The notes beneath the pieces are model-generated. The model was given only the letters and a program-made list of their open reading frames with translations, searched no databases and was not told the DNA's origin. A program made the position numbers and the translations under genes. Source: Schmidtea nova (taxonomy: Eukaryota). Taken from it: a DNA stretch of 64,000 nucleotides. Shown here one piece after another: positions 8,601 to 17,536 of the stretch. The stretch covers positions 25,730,001-25,794,000 of the forward strand of contig CM097882.1 of the NCBI GenBank assembly GCA_044892505.1. The letters are read 5' to 3'. The stretch's first letter is position 1; each line of letters starts with the position of its first letter.

Positions 8601-11550
8601 CGTGATTGAAGATGAGTTATATGAATTTTTAAGATTACCATTCGGGATGGTAAATGCACCAGCAACATTTCAAAGATTGATGAACACCATACTAATAGAT
8701 GTTCAACACTGTGCCGTTTATATGGATGACATACTGATAGCATCAAAAACATTCGAAGGACATCTTCAAGACATAAAAAATGTATTAGAAAGATTTCGAA
8801 AATCTAAACTAAAAATCAAACCTACCAAATGTAAATGGGCAGAATCGTCTGCATTATATTTAGGACATATTGTATCAATTGATGGCATCATTCCAAATCC
8901 AGATAAGATTAAAACAGTACAACAGTTTCCTATTCCAAAAAATGTAAAAGAAATACAAGGATTCTTAGGTTTAACAGGATACTATCGAAAATTCATAGAA
9001 AATTATGCTAAAATTGCAGCCCCATTAATTGAATTAACAAAGGGAGTAAAAACAAAAGAAGATGGGAGAAAAACACAAATAGTACAAAAAATAAATAAAG
9101 ATAATGGAAAGTCACAAAAAATATGGACGCAACGACAACAAACTGCTTTTGAGCAACTCAAAGAAAAATTAGTAACAGCTCCAATATTAAGATACCCGGA
9201 TTTCACAAAACAATTCATCATTATGACGGATGCTAGTGGAAAAGCTGTAGGAGCAGTCTTAGGTCAGGAAGAAGAAAAGGGCAAAGATTACGTCATAGCA
9301 TATGCAAGTAAAACATTAAAAAGTGCGGAAACCCGATATTCAACTATAGAAAAAGAATGTTACGCAATAATGTTCGCACTTAGACAATTCAAACAATACA
9401 TATATGGATCAGAAGTATTAATACGAACGGACCACAAACCATTAGAAGGATTATGGAAACATAAAGATACATCAAGTAGATTACTAAAATGGGCAATGAA
9501 AATACAAGATATGCATGTAAAAATTATTTATAAACCTGGTCGAATAAACAAAAACGCAGACGCATTATCACGAATACCAGAATTAAGCGTATTAGAAATT
9601 TTTGCCGTGGTGGCTGAAAATCCAATAGATATATACCAAGAACAAATAGACGATTCTGAACTTAGTAAAGTAAGAGAGGAAGTTATTAAAGGAAGAAATA
9701 ACAAATTTAAATTAAGCAAAAATGTATTAATGATGGAAGATATTACAGGTAAACAACTTATAGTAGTACCACAGAAGTTGAAACAAATACTTTTATTACA
9801 ATATCACGATGGTGCACTCGGAGGACATCTTTCAGCTAGAAAAACAGCAAATAGATTATTACAAAAATACTATTGGGAAAATCTTAAAAATGATGTAAAG
9901 CAATGGTGTAACTCATGCACAATATGTGCCACTCGAAAAAATACGGGAACAAGAACAAAAGCCCCACTCCATCCAATACCGGTAATAAATTCGCCAATGG
10001 AATTATGCGCTATGGATTTTTTATGCAAATTACCCGTCACAATTAAAGGTAACAGACATATCTTAGTCTTCAGTGATTATTTTACAAAGTGGGCAGAAGC
10101 TTTTCCGACTAAAGATGAGACCGCAGAAACAGTAGCCAAATTATTAACAGAAAAAATAATATTTAGAATTGGGACACCAAAGAAGTTACTCACAGACAGA
10201 GGAAAGAATTTCATGAGTGAAATAATTCAAAGACTAGCAAATATCTTTGACATACAGAAAATAAATACGACTGCATATCACCCTCAAACAGATGGCCTAG
10301 TTGAACGATTTAATGGCACACTATTAAATAGGTTATCAGTTTTTGTAAACAAAAATCAAAACGACTGGGATGAGTATGTAAATCAATGTACCTACATTCA
10401 CAATATAACCCCTAATGAGACAACAGGATACTCTCCATATTATTTAATGTATTTACGTGAACCAATTACACCAATTGATACAACATTTGAACCGAAAATA
10501 TCACAATACTTAGATACCCCGGACTATGTCACTTTAATGCAAGAAAGACTACAAGAAGTTTACAAAATAGCTGATCTAAAAATTAAATTTCGCCAAGAAC
10601 AATATAAAGATGGATATGACAAAACAACAAAACCCCATAATTTCAAAGTAGGAGATAAGGTTAGACTTATGTCACCTCAAATAGGAAAAGGTAAAACAAA
10701 GAAATTAGCAAGACCATATAAAGGTCCATATGAAGTTGTAAAATTAACGCATGAAAACTTACATTTACAAAAACACAAAAATGATGACCCAATTATTGTC
10801 CATGTCAATAGATGTAAACTAGCAGAGAACGATTTACCAACAATAAGATCACACAGATACAATCTAAGGTCCAAACCGCAAAATATATTGATGATATCAA
10901 TAACCATTCTCACAATTATCAACATAGTCAATTCAGAATTAATTAACAATGATGATGTTACAATAAAAATAAATTACAATAACATTATAATCGTTGATAT
11001 AAAGAAAGACCTTATAAACCAGTTCTATTTAAGATTTACCAATGGTTCATACACTAAAATTGTAGAAAAAACGAAAGATAATAGAAAAAGTTATATCGCC
11101 AAATATGAAAATTTACAAGCTAATACAATATACTATTTTTGCTTAGAAACACCAATATGGGGATTTAAAAAGACTCAATGTCAAATATTAAAAACCGGAA
11201 ACCAAAAACCTACCACACCCATCACCAGATACATACCTCAAAGAATATTTAAAAATCCAAAACAACCTAAAATCTCAAAATCCCAAAAATGGATTAAAAT
11301 ACCAATAAATAAGCCCTCAACAATAATAAACAACTGGGAGGAATTCCAAAATTTATACCATCATCAACAAAAACCGTTATATAAAAGATGGCCGTTTTAT
11401 ATTATAATATTCAGTATAATATTACTAACAATAATAATAATATGGATGAGCACGCAAACCTATAGAAAGTATAAGTGGAAGAGACAGCGTTATCGGAGTC
11501 ATCTCGTCCAATACGTCCCAGGGAGATATACTTTATCTACATTATGTTAA
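2629..11550 (+). CDS. Single polyprotein: Gag(CA, CCHC NC)-Ubl-Bcl-2-like-Env (class III fusion glycoprotein)-PR-RT-RH-IN-membrane protein. True ATG at 2629
   Basis: CFNCQKYGHMAKAC (3787); LHFSGMKMQNEDCLMDYGI; PWIHANGGW; IAYDC...YSLLDIENC; LVDTGA (7453); YMDD (8719); TDASGKAVGAVL; HDGALGGH...CNSCTIC; MDF/TDRG/VERFN; GPY; two hydrophobic signal-like segments and TM segments. Confidence 0.95.
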   Translation: MAQNNENNDNIRHIWQNRDEDNNNRNILIKTLPIEHYRGEPEKFDDFFDEIAQCAEACGWTRDELKRRIPLYLKGYALQAYNNLECKGRNWEDLVDNLRGEIVIERDLQKINVQIFRNRYQGSRETIGEYVYNLTELARKAFGVGEHTTRLIEDQFWNGIQKHLYKSLIMVEYENLNELVQKARRIEAIQRDRFSSVIDAVEIQEIEKEKTKSNDKDDNIPWEEMKQLYLNYVKNRRKTSPSPSRSFDNNNRFNSPRGRSNNRNNDHLEFNDKNTYVGNYRDNYYNRDSRGRGNYNRDGRFRNSGYNRNNRFNDNPSNRSNYFEYTRTNRFTENRNSDNRNNFEINRNNYRGRRMSPTRQTFDRDRRSSPFSNDGRDKVNFRGEIRCFNCQKYGHMAKACKNARVESPNRVQFKKEPEIKQINSMEVKESNNEIEMLRDELQEFKTKYERLIERNKINVSINEFKTFTNEVKIDNEELRQQRERDEQFFAELDRQNTLRQELEESLRNYLVDDNEVLRILNKIHVEGINLENLRNLIPSLVKKQRVTQLFELEIEIKEMLKCYSDYVRKNERLQEPLEITLETSDKDTPRIIVHKQGVHACTKVKKMKQIARANWYADLGINDEIILHFSGMKMQNEDCLMDYGINASENNVITVSIKSGLGVANKKISKLSPDKEDKEETARGAIGGIMTFTLEEKRLPKLKNNNIAEKLKEIANKTSTKDKDVDVLVELIKIMYPKVYEHTGSPSFIINIYKKIEVIESEIKGLTKQEADEGEVLDILFTTGIDENRIITAIAYLIYRSEDVLKMKPKKLSKIAKRIFTRLQNNVIPWIHANGGWEILRGKDESMEISAEQQCTNDKEIERKLKKIIDKTTKKSGKSDHKSFISTIIVMIAILLSILKGCTGMIAYDCQNPKWGQKYSLLDIENCPEANPINLITTEPRLYHVYQESDFIHTEARECIIRYSEEAFVCHSIARTILRPSFTPDTITITPQECEHAFQSKKIKIHEIELKAQIGARVKQRVDVVGWSSHGGYCQGGEYKIWGHTIKNAVVRREYIVELRQFKASFDSVTQKMMTYPFCTSKEISCDTGESIVIYKVDSYECPLTKLKSLKFMTIRGKQFTNSESTKIKDRKRKTIVVQEKDTPTIYMTESSGEAMRFVSKGESVKCGRSIIQTNYKGIYLSKDEIKDAKLKVNKYDVKLSSYFNNKIDYFYHHQLMQLDRVYQETIINDCKLNREILRTKMALAITNPDLMAPMLFSERGAFARVVGEVIQTFQCKPVSVALATNKQCTNELPVIYKGERVYLQPITRILTDKNYTPKKIDKCTNLLDPLYQLDDETWITMSDKKVAITPLKLEMTELDKKLEFFEVNDFDSNGLYSKEAIESARKHLLFPNEKEKVLTVIASKIIENSHDGKYNFDILLSKEHFKKVVYKVLYSIWGYFAILGNTFSTILGIYYSVALLKMICSSLVSLRQLRQVFGNSFKMLACLCPFVAKYLITAKHDKDIKRIIRKTEEDRLMDENVNEENNHTSESENIEQPQGGPYIIHMEQLKSLQNEIEVKIPVEKHSGNIFTKKPKRIYGCYGIEEGEEANGMRPRTQIKINNQTINALVDTGAAASLIENELLTEQQRQSIRPTNDELVSLSSHTIPIRGNIELTVHFENQRINHVFRVANICQRKCILGIDILKKLKGYVIDLSDNKIKRKINKTHRSDINIYAMEEFELEYESDNIIPIKVNVQSEDTYVFEPNTNIAKNNNIMVANECVMPKKGVIPVRIANFENKKVKIHKGTKLGQLSKCDLNKHEIGELYIMGNDLEKSFEQNSKNNIKFYDKIKITNNYLTATQLQQLQTLIDEYNDVFAKHEFDLGDTDIIKHVIDTGNARPLKQRPYVTPYKLREEIKRQINELKGAGVIRQSFSQWASPIVPVRKKDGEIRMCIDYRKLNEVTVKDSYPFPKAQEQYDKLRGAKYFTVIDANKGYMQIQIEEGDIEKSAFVIEDELYEFLRLPFGMVNAPATFQRLMNTILIDVQHCAVYMDDILIASKTFEGHLQDIKNVLERFRKSKLKIKPTKCKWAESSALYLGHIVSIDGIIPNPDKIKTVQQFPIPKNVKEIQGFLGLTGYYRKFIENYAKIAAPLIELTKGVKTKEDGRKTQIVQKINKDNGKSQKIWTQRQQTAFEQLKEKLVTAPILRYPDFTKQFIIMTDASGKAVGAVLGQEEEKGKDYVIAYASKTLKSAETRYSTIEKECYAIMFALRQFKQYIYGSEVLIRTDHKPLEGLWKHKDTSSRLLKWAMKIQDMHVKIIYKPGRINKNADALSRIPELSVLEIFAVVAENPIDIYQEQIDDSELSKVREEVIKGRNNKFKLSKNVLMMEDITGKQLIVVPQKLKQILLLQYHDGALGGHLSARKTANRLLQKYYWENLKNDVKQWCNSCTICATRKNTGTRTKAPLHPIPVINSPMELCAMDFLCKLPVTIKGNRHILVFSDYFTKWAEAFPTKDETAETVAKLLTEKIIFRIGTPKKLLTDRGKNFMSEIIQRLANIFDIQKINTTAYHPQTDGLVERFNGTLLNRLSVFVNKNQNDWDEYVNQCTYIHNITPNETTGYSPYYLMYLREPITPIDTTFEPKISQYLDTPDYVTLMQERLQEVYKIADLKIKFRQEQYKDGYDKTTKPHNFKVGDKVRLMSPQIGKGKTKKLARPYKGPYEVVKLTHENLHLQKHKNDDPIIVHVNRCKLAENDLPTIRSHRYNLRSKPQNILMISITILTIINIVNSELINNDDVTIKINYNNIIIVDIKKDLINQFYLRFTNGSYTKIVEKTKDNRKSYIAKYENLQANTIYYFCLETPIWGFKKTQCQILKTGNQKPTTPITRYIPQRIFKNPKQPKISKSQKWIKIPINKPSTIINNWEEFQNLYHHQQKPLYKRWPFYIIIFSIILLTIIIIWMSTQTYRKYKWKRQRYRSHLVQYVPGRYTLSTLC

Positions 11551-11761
11551 ATTAAAATACCCAATCATAAACGATCTATTATATTATCCAATAATATTTA
11601 AAAAATTATTTTACCCAATAGAAACTGATCAAATTTTACTATATAAATGTCCAATAATTTATAAAAATCACCCATATCTAAATAGATATTATATTGCAAA
11701 TAGGGGTAATCTCTATCTTTGCATTAATATATATATTCTATTAATTATTCTTTTTAGAAAA

Positions 11762-13360
11762 ATGAATTCAAAAGAGCCATCAACTTCGAACCCAACCAAT
11801 CCAAAAACAATGAAATACACACAAATATACACATGCAAGACATACAAACACCCACTAACATTCTACAAAGCATTACAAAATAACATAAAGGCAGATGGAG
11901 AAGAACTCACAATTAGAAAATACCCACATCAAGTATGTATACCCAACGAGTTCAAGGTAGACACAGAAGAAAGAGAGATGTACCTAGTTAAGTTTAACAT
12001 AGCAAAGAGAACAAAACTTAGAGACATTATAGGCTATTTTGAACCAAGCCAGAATGTAGATAAAGATACCAAAGAAGGCAAAAGAATCCCACATAGGATA
12101 GTGATTCACGCCACGAAAACAGAACTTACAATAAAATTCAAAGAAACAACGTTAGCCACCATAAGTAAAGCAACAGCGGTGTTTAAGACAATAAAATATA
12201 GAAAAATGGCGAATGATTTTAATAACATCACGATACAAATTCATAATATACCTTGCGTAATGGCTATAGAAATCCTATATGTTCCAAAAATAAACAATCC
12301 TTTTGAAAAATCGGAAATAATTATGGCTGAGATCAGGATGAATGAAGATTTTATAGAAAACAAAACACCATTCACAAAGAAAGTATTGACGATCGAGGAA
12401 AGAAGAGAGAAAATAGTTTTTATGGATGTAAAAACAGTAAAAGATTATAATCATCAAATAAAACCCATAGATATTCATATCAGAAAATATAATGGAGACT
12501 GTGTATTTAAAACGAAAATTACCCCAAGGACTAAAATACAAATGGACAAAATAGAGAAAGATTCAATATTGGGGAATATGGATGAATTCGAAGCACTAAT
12601 AGAAATAAAAAAACATTTATACAATAAAATAATTATCGGATTTGACATTATGGAAAAATTAAGAAGTATATACATCAGTTTAGATGATGTTTTAGGAATA
12701 AGAGAAATGTCAAATAATGTCTATACGAAAACTTTTGTAAAGAATGTCCCGGAAGATAAGATAAGATTATCTAATCTTGCTTTCCAGATCATCAAACTCA
12801 AAAGCGATTTACGGAGAAATAAAAAACTCAACGACATTCTACTTAAACCAGAGCCATTTAGCGTACAAGACACCTGTATGATAGTCAGGATTCTATACTT
12901 GATAACTGAAAACGACTGGGAAAATTACATAGAACAGCAAATGAAAGAAATAACTAAGAAACCCAGAAATGAGAGCACAAGCAATCAAACGAATCAAACA
13001 GAGGATGAGGACGAAGTGCAATTCATCAAAGAAGAGCGACCAAATGTTGAACTTATGGACACAATAGAAGATGAACTAGGACCAGAGCCAATGATCACTA
13101 TAGAGGACACACAAGAAGAAAAATATATCACATTAATATATGATAAAAACATTAAAATGACAACAGTAACAATAGATGAAGATGAAATAGATGTATTCTT
13201 TGTAAAAAAAGGTTATGAGGACATAACCTTAACGCCCCAGGGAGTAATGTTAGAAGATGGGCGTAGAATAAAGGTTTTAAAATTAAAACATTATACAGTA
13301 GGAAATGGAAGATACAGGATAAATATACATGTGGATCAGATGGCAATGACAATTCAATAA
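11762..13360 (+). CDS. Accessory ORF2 of element B (532 aa, unknown function); its 3' end lies inside the 3' LTR
   Basis: Long open frame with the element's codon bias, preceded by a splice-acceptor-like TTATTCTTTTTAG ending at 11757; stop at 13360 lies inside the LTR that starts at 13248. Confidence 0.85.
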   Translation: MNSKEPSTSNPTNPKTMKYTQIYTCKTYKHPLTFYKALQNNIKADGEELTIRKYPHQVCIPNEFKVDTEEREMYLVKFNIAKRTKLRDIIGYFEPSQNVDKDTKEGKRIPHRIVIHATKTELTIKFKETTLATISKATAVFKTIKYRKMANDFNNITIQIHNIPCVMAIEILYVPKINNPFEKSEIIMAEIRMNEDFIENKTPFTKKVLTIEERREKIVFMDVKTVKDYNHQIKPIDIHIRKYNGDCVFKTKITPRTKIQMDKIEKDSILGNMDEFEALIEIKKHLYNKIIIGFDIMEKLRSIYISLDDVLGIREMSNNVYTKTFVKNVPEDKIRLSNLAFQIIKLKSDLRRNKKLNDILLKPEPFSVQDTCMIVRILYLITENDWENYIEQQMKEITKKPRNESTSNQTNQTEDEDEVQFIKEERPNVELMDTIEDELGPEPMITIEDTQEEKYITLIYDKNIKMTTVTIDEDEIDVFFVKKGYEDITLTPQGVMLEDGRRIKVLKLKHYTVGNGRYRINIHVDQMAMTIQ

Positions 13361-14290
13361 TCAATGGAAAATATCAAATTCAACGACATTATATGATGAT
13401 ATTTTACTGTTGATCTCATTTGACTTTTCTTTTATTATATGATGACTATCTGGCAATTTTTATTTTTATGGGATAATTTTATTTTGTTTCTGTTAATAAA
13501 ATTTGTTGACAATTAATTTTTGTAATGACAATTTATCAGCATGACAATTTATAATTTGACAATTTATCATTTGTGATATTGCGAACATTTATTGGCATTT
13601 TTATGGTGATGGACAAAATTTTATATAATTTTGAAAAAATATTTTGTGTTGAAAATATTTTATGTAAATTAATTTTTTAACTATTTGGAAAATGGATTAT
13701 ATTTTCATTTATATTTTAATATTTTAATTCAATAAATAATAATAATAATAAAATAAATAAATAAATAGTACAGGTTGTTTAAATAAATTAAAAAAATAAA
13801 TAAATTACTGTTTGTTTAAATAAATTATATTTCTGACCTACAAGGTCAGGAAAATGAAATAATATCTCAAGGTTAAAAAATAATTTTGAAAACAATTCTG
13901 TTTTGAAAACAACTCTATTTTCAAAAACAATTTCAATCAACTCAAGAGGCAAAATAACAATCATTATTGACAGATTAAGTGCCTTAAAATTTAGTATATA
14001 AACTGACTGATTTTTCAGTTAAATGACCCATAAAATCTTTGCGTAAGAAGAATTTCATAGTTGTTATCGACTATTGAAATAATAATTTCGAGCATACAAG
14101 ATATCGAGCTCAGAAGGCATTCACACATACACACGCATACATATATATTTACACATTATAGGAATAACATTGTGAATCTGTAATATTTTTTAGGTAATTT
14201 GTATTTGTTGTATTTGAATAAAATCTTTGAACCAGTATTATCTTATTTATTTATATAAGATACCAAGTTGAGATTCTGGGAACCTCAACA
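13248..14290 (+). repeat. 3' LTR of element B
   Basis: Same termini and length as 1385-2427; preceded by a short purine tract AGGGAGTAA. Confidence 0.97.
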
Positions 14291-15480
14291 TCTGTAAGTT
14301 GTGACGGTTCAATATATCAAGGATCGTGTGTAAATCGTTTTTGTGGCTTTCTCGATCCGGGGACGCTATGATGATATCGTCAAGGTATGCGAAAGTGTGA
14401 GGGACATCGCGAAAAATTGTGTCCATGAAACGTTGTGGGGACTGAGCTGCGTTTCTAAGACCAAAAGGCATGAACATGTATTCAAAATTCCCAAATGGTG
14501 TAGTGACAGCCGTTTTGTGGACGTCGTCCGTATGGATGGGAAATTGGTGGTATGCTTTCGAGAGGTCTATAGTTGAGAACACTGTAGATTGTGAAAAGCG
14601 TGTTATTAAATCTTTAATGAGTGGCATTGGGTAGGCGTCGTGGACTGTTACTTGGTTGAGCTGTCGATAATCTCCACAGGGTCTGAATGACCCGTCTTTT
14701 TTTGTTACTACGTGTATTGGCAAAGCCCATGGTGAAGATGAACGACGTATAATGCCTGCGTTTTCTAGACTAACAAATTCAGCTTTGACTGCGTCGAGTT
14801 TCGTGGAAGAGAGAGGTCTGGCTCGATTGTGTTGTGGTATGCATGGTAATGTGTGAATATAGTGAGTCGATAGGGTAGTGGGTGGTATGGTATCGGATTT
14901 AGTTATGAGGTTTGGATATTTGGTTGAAATTAATTTGATCATGTCATCGATCGTATCTAGATTGGCTGATTGGTCGATGTCCAACGTGTTTTTATCGTTT
15001 TCCATCGTGGAATCTTGATGAATCGAGTTGAGTTGTGTCGGTGTAAATGTCTGCGTTGAAATTGATGTTACATTTGACGATGAAATTGTCGGTATATTGG
15101 CAATGTCTTGTTTTACAGTGAACAACTTACGATTTTTGCAATCTACCATGATGGATTCGTTGCTTAAAAAATCGGAGCCTAATATTGGGTGGATAGTGTC
15201 TGCTATGTGGAAGGTGTGAGGGAAAGTTGAGTTTAATGTTGATATTGTGAATGAGAGTTTTTTTGTTCCCAAAAATTGGATCGGTGTGCTGTTAGCGGCC
15301 AAGGCAGTGAACGAAGATTTGAAGTCTGGTGTGAAAGTTGTTGGAAGGATTGAAAATGACGAGCCCGAATCTATGAGAAAATGAATTGATGAGCTGGAGT
15401 CGAAGTCTGCTTCAACAGTGAAGATACTGTTGATCGCAAGGACGCTGCCTGAAAATCCAGGGTTGACAGACAGTGGCGCT
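14291..15480 (-). pseudogene. Pol (protease + RT) of element A, 5' portion
   Basis: FLIDSGSSFSILP, ILGSDFL, SSSPWALPIHVVTKKDGSFRPCGDYRQLN, PFGLRNA, YLDDIII. The ORF-track tail (MLRFPESQ...) is read-through into the LTR. Confidence 0.9.
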
Positions 15481-15490
15481 AGTTTTTTTT
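15479..15490 (-). promoter_or_regulatory. Putative -1 ribosomal frameshift site at the gag-pol junction of element A
   Basis: Minus strand AAAAAAC immediately followed by the gag TAG; the pol frame continues into the protease. Confidence 0.6.
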
Positions 15491-16389
15491 GGGAGAATTG
15501 AAATTGTTTTTGTCGTATGATTTATTTGAGGAACGGTTTACAAAAGTGCAACCTGAAAGGCATTTTTGTGCATGTATACCGAGATATTGTGATAGATGCA
15601 AATAGAAATGATCCTCAAAGTGGAAGGAGGGTTTGGCCATGAACATCCTATATGGCATGTTCTTGCGTCGGATGAGAATTTCTTGTGAAAAAAACAAGTC
15701 AGAGGGGGGAAAGAATTTGGTTTATCGTTTCTTTGGGTGTGTGTAGTTAGCTGAGAGGAGTTGAGTATCGCGTCGACTGTTTTTGTCAGAGAAGATATCT
15801 GTTCCTGTAATGAAGGGTCGGAAACTGATGCGATGGTAGTTGGTGCGTTTCGGATGGGGGGTCGAGTAACCAACTTATCAGCAATTTTTGCAAGGTGAAA
15901 AGGATCATCGGAATCCACGACGAGAAGTGAGGTCTGGATGTGATGTGGAAGAGCTGTTAAAAATTGATGGCATAAGAGAGCAGTGTTTTTTGATAAACCG
16001 GTGTGGGCGGCCTCGAGTTCGCGTACTAGTTGCGATAAAAAGGATGATGGGGGTTGACCGGCGTATGGGGTGGGTTTTGATAACTTTTCGATCGCTGAAG
16101 TGCGCGTGGGTGAATATTTTTTTTCTATGACCGCTTTGATTGATTCATAAAGGGTTTCTGAGTTTAATGCGTCAGCTATTTGTGAGCCTAATTCTGACAT
16201 TAACTCGTCGGGTATTGCATCCAGCAGAAGATCTTGCCTAGACTTGGGATTGGCTCTAGTGCGCGATTCAAAAATGCGGAACCAAGATGATGGTGTGCCG
16301 TCTGCGTCTAAAAATATCAGTTGAGTGCGACCTATGGACGTGGGAGGGTTATGATCATTGTTAGTTTTGGCACCGCCTCTTGCCCGCAT
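15479..16389 (-). CDS. Gag of element A with two CxxHxx(F/Y)xxxAxxCxxxC knuckles (second one frameshifted)
   Basis: CFFHKKFSSDARTCHIGCSW; the second knuckle CIYH / QYLGIHAQKCLSGCTF is split across frames and ends SPKKN*. Confidence 0.85.
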
Positions 16390-16829
16390 GAAGAGTGTTA
16401 TTATTGCGTTTGTTGGGACTGAAAGAGGATCTGTGATGGGAACTCCGTTATTTAAAATAAAGAAGTCGTTGTGTTCTATTAAAAAAAACGTTTAATATCG
16501 TTAAAAAAGTTTGTCGTGGTAATTTTAACTGAGTGAATAATATTTTTGTGGCGTACAGTGATGTTGAGTAAGCCGTCATGAAGGGTAAATGGTTGTGAAC
16601 AGGTAGAGGAAACTGTTGTAGTGTTGGTTATAGGAGTATGAAAATTATTATTAAAATAATTATTAAAATTTTTATTGAATATTTTATTAAAATTATTATT
16701 AATATAAATGGAGTAATTAGATGAATTTAAATATTCACATAATAAATTCAAAAAGCTTACGTTTGTCACTTCTGACACCAATTGTAGGAATGCTAAAAGC
16801 AAATAAGATTTTATTAATAGAAATTGATC

Positions 16830-17261
16830 TCCAATTGACAAGTTGGTCTTTGGCAACCGGAAATCCTGACCGATGATAACAAGAGTTGAAATGAGCAAGC
16901 TCCATGACAGTCCGTATTGATTGATTTCTGGTGCTGGCGAATAATCGTTTAATCGAGATTGATTGTGATCCAATGTATTGATTTGTAAATTTTTTGAATT
17001 ATACATTTCAGATTTGTCTGGATAGTATATTAATATTGATCCAGTTGTTGTCAAGCATCTTCCAGTTTGTACGGCTTCTTTACGCATTCCAGCAGCGAAA
17101 CATTTCTGCAATCTACGGAACTGGCAATTGTTTCTTCTTTGAATATCGACTACACAATCTCCTCTAGAGTAGAACTGATAATTGTTGTCATTTGATGAAA
17201 ACGAGTCGCTGTGGATGTCTTGAGTGAATGGGTATATCGAATCATTGTTAACAGCTTGCAT
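16830..17261 (-). pseudogene. Degenerate nuclear receptor fragment (second C4 finger plus T-box, possible LBD start), NR2-like
   Basis: RGDCVVDIQRRNNCQFRRLQKCFAAGMRKEAVQTGR. Two zinc-ligand Cys are replaced and the first finger is not recognisable. Confidence 0.75.
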
Positions 17262-17472
17262 TTTTTTTGATCAGCGTGAAAAAAGTGAAAATATGTAAAT
17301 ATTAAAACAACATCTAATTTAATCCATTTAATAATTAATTAATTTATAAAATTGAAAATTTAATCTAAGGCACTACAATTGCTATTATTATTTTTTATTA
17401 TTATCGTTCTTGGTGTTGTTATTGATGTTATTATTATTATTATTATTATTATTAATATTATTTTGTTTTGTT

Positions 17473-17503
<31 letters not shown>

Positions 17504-17536
17504 TTAATATTATTAATATTACTGTTCATTTTTCTT

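Larger units (their letters stand above)
1385..14290 (+). mobile_element. Full-length env-bearing Ty3/Gypsy-type LTR retroelement (element B), apparently intact
   Basis: Two 1043-bp LTRs (TGTT...AACA), TSD TCTG at 1381-1384 and 14291-14294, PBS, one uninterrupted polyprotein with PR-RT-RH-IN order, second ORF. Confidence 0.97.
14291..16782 (-). mobile_element. Ty3/Gypsy element A (CsRn1/Mag-like), interrupted by element B; continues at 1384-1114
   Basis: PBS TGGTGTCAGAAGTG (tRNA-Leu type) at about 16767-16780 after an LTR-like end ...CCTACA; gag; slippery site; protease FLIDSGSS; RT with YLDD. Confidence 0.9.

Noticed and set aside
3310-10949. Many antisense or alternative-frame ORFs within the polyprotein (e.g. 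3310-3891, 3323-3664, 4554-4856, 7714-8004)
   Set aside because: Ile/Phe/Leu-rich shadows expected from the A-rich coding strand; no motifs.
14247-14290. C-terminal tail MLRFPESQLGILYK of the 351-aa ORF
   Set aside because: Read-through into element B's LTR after the insertion point.
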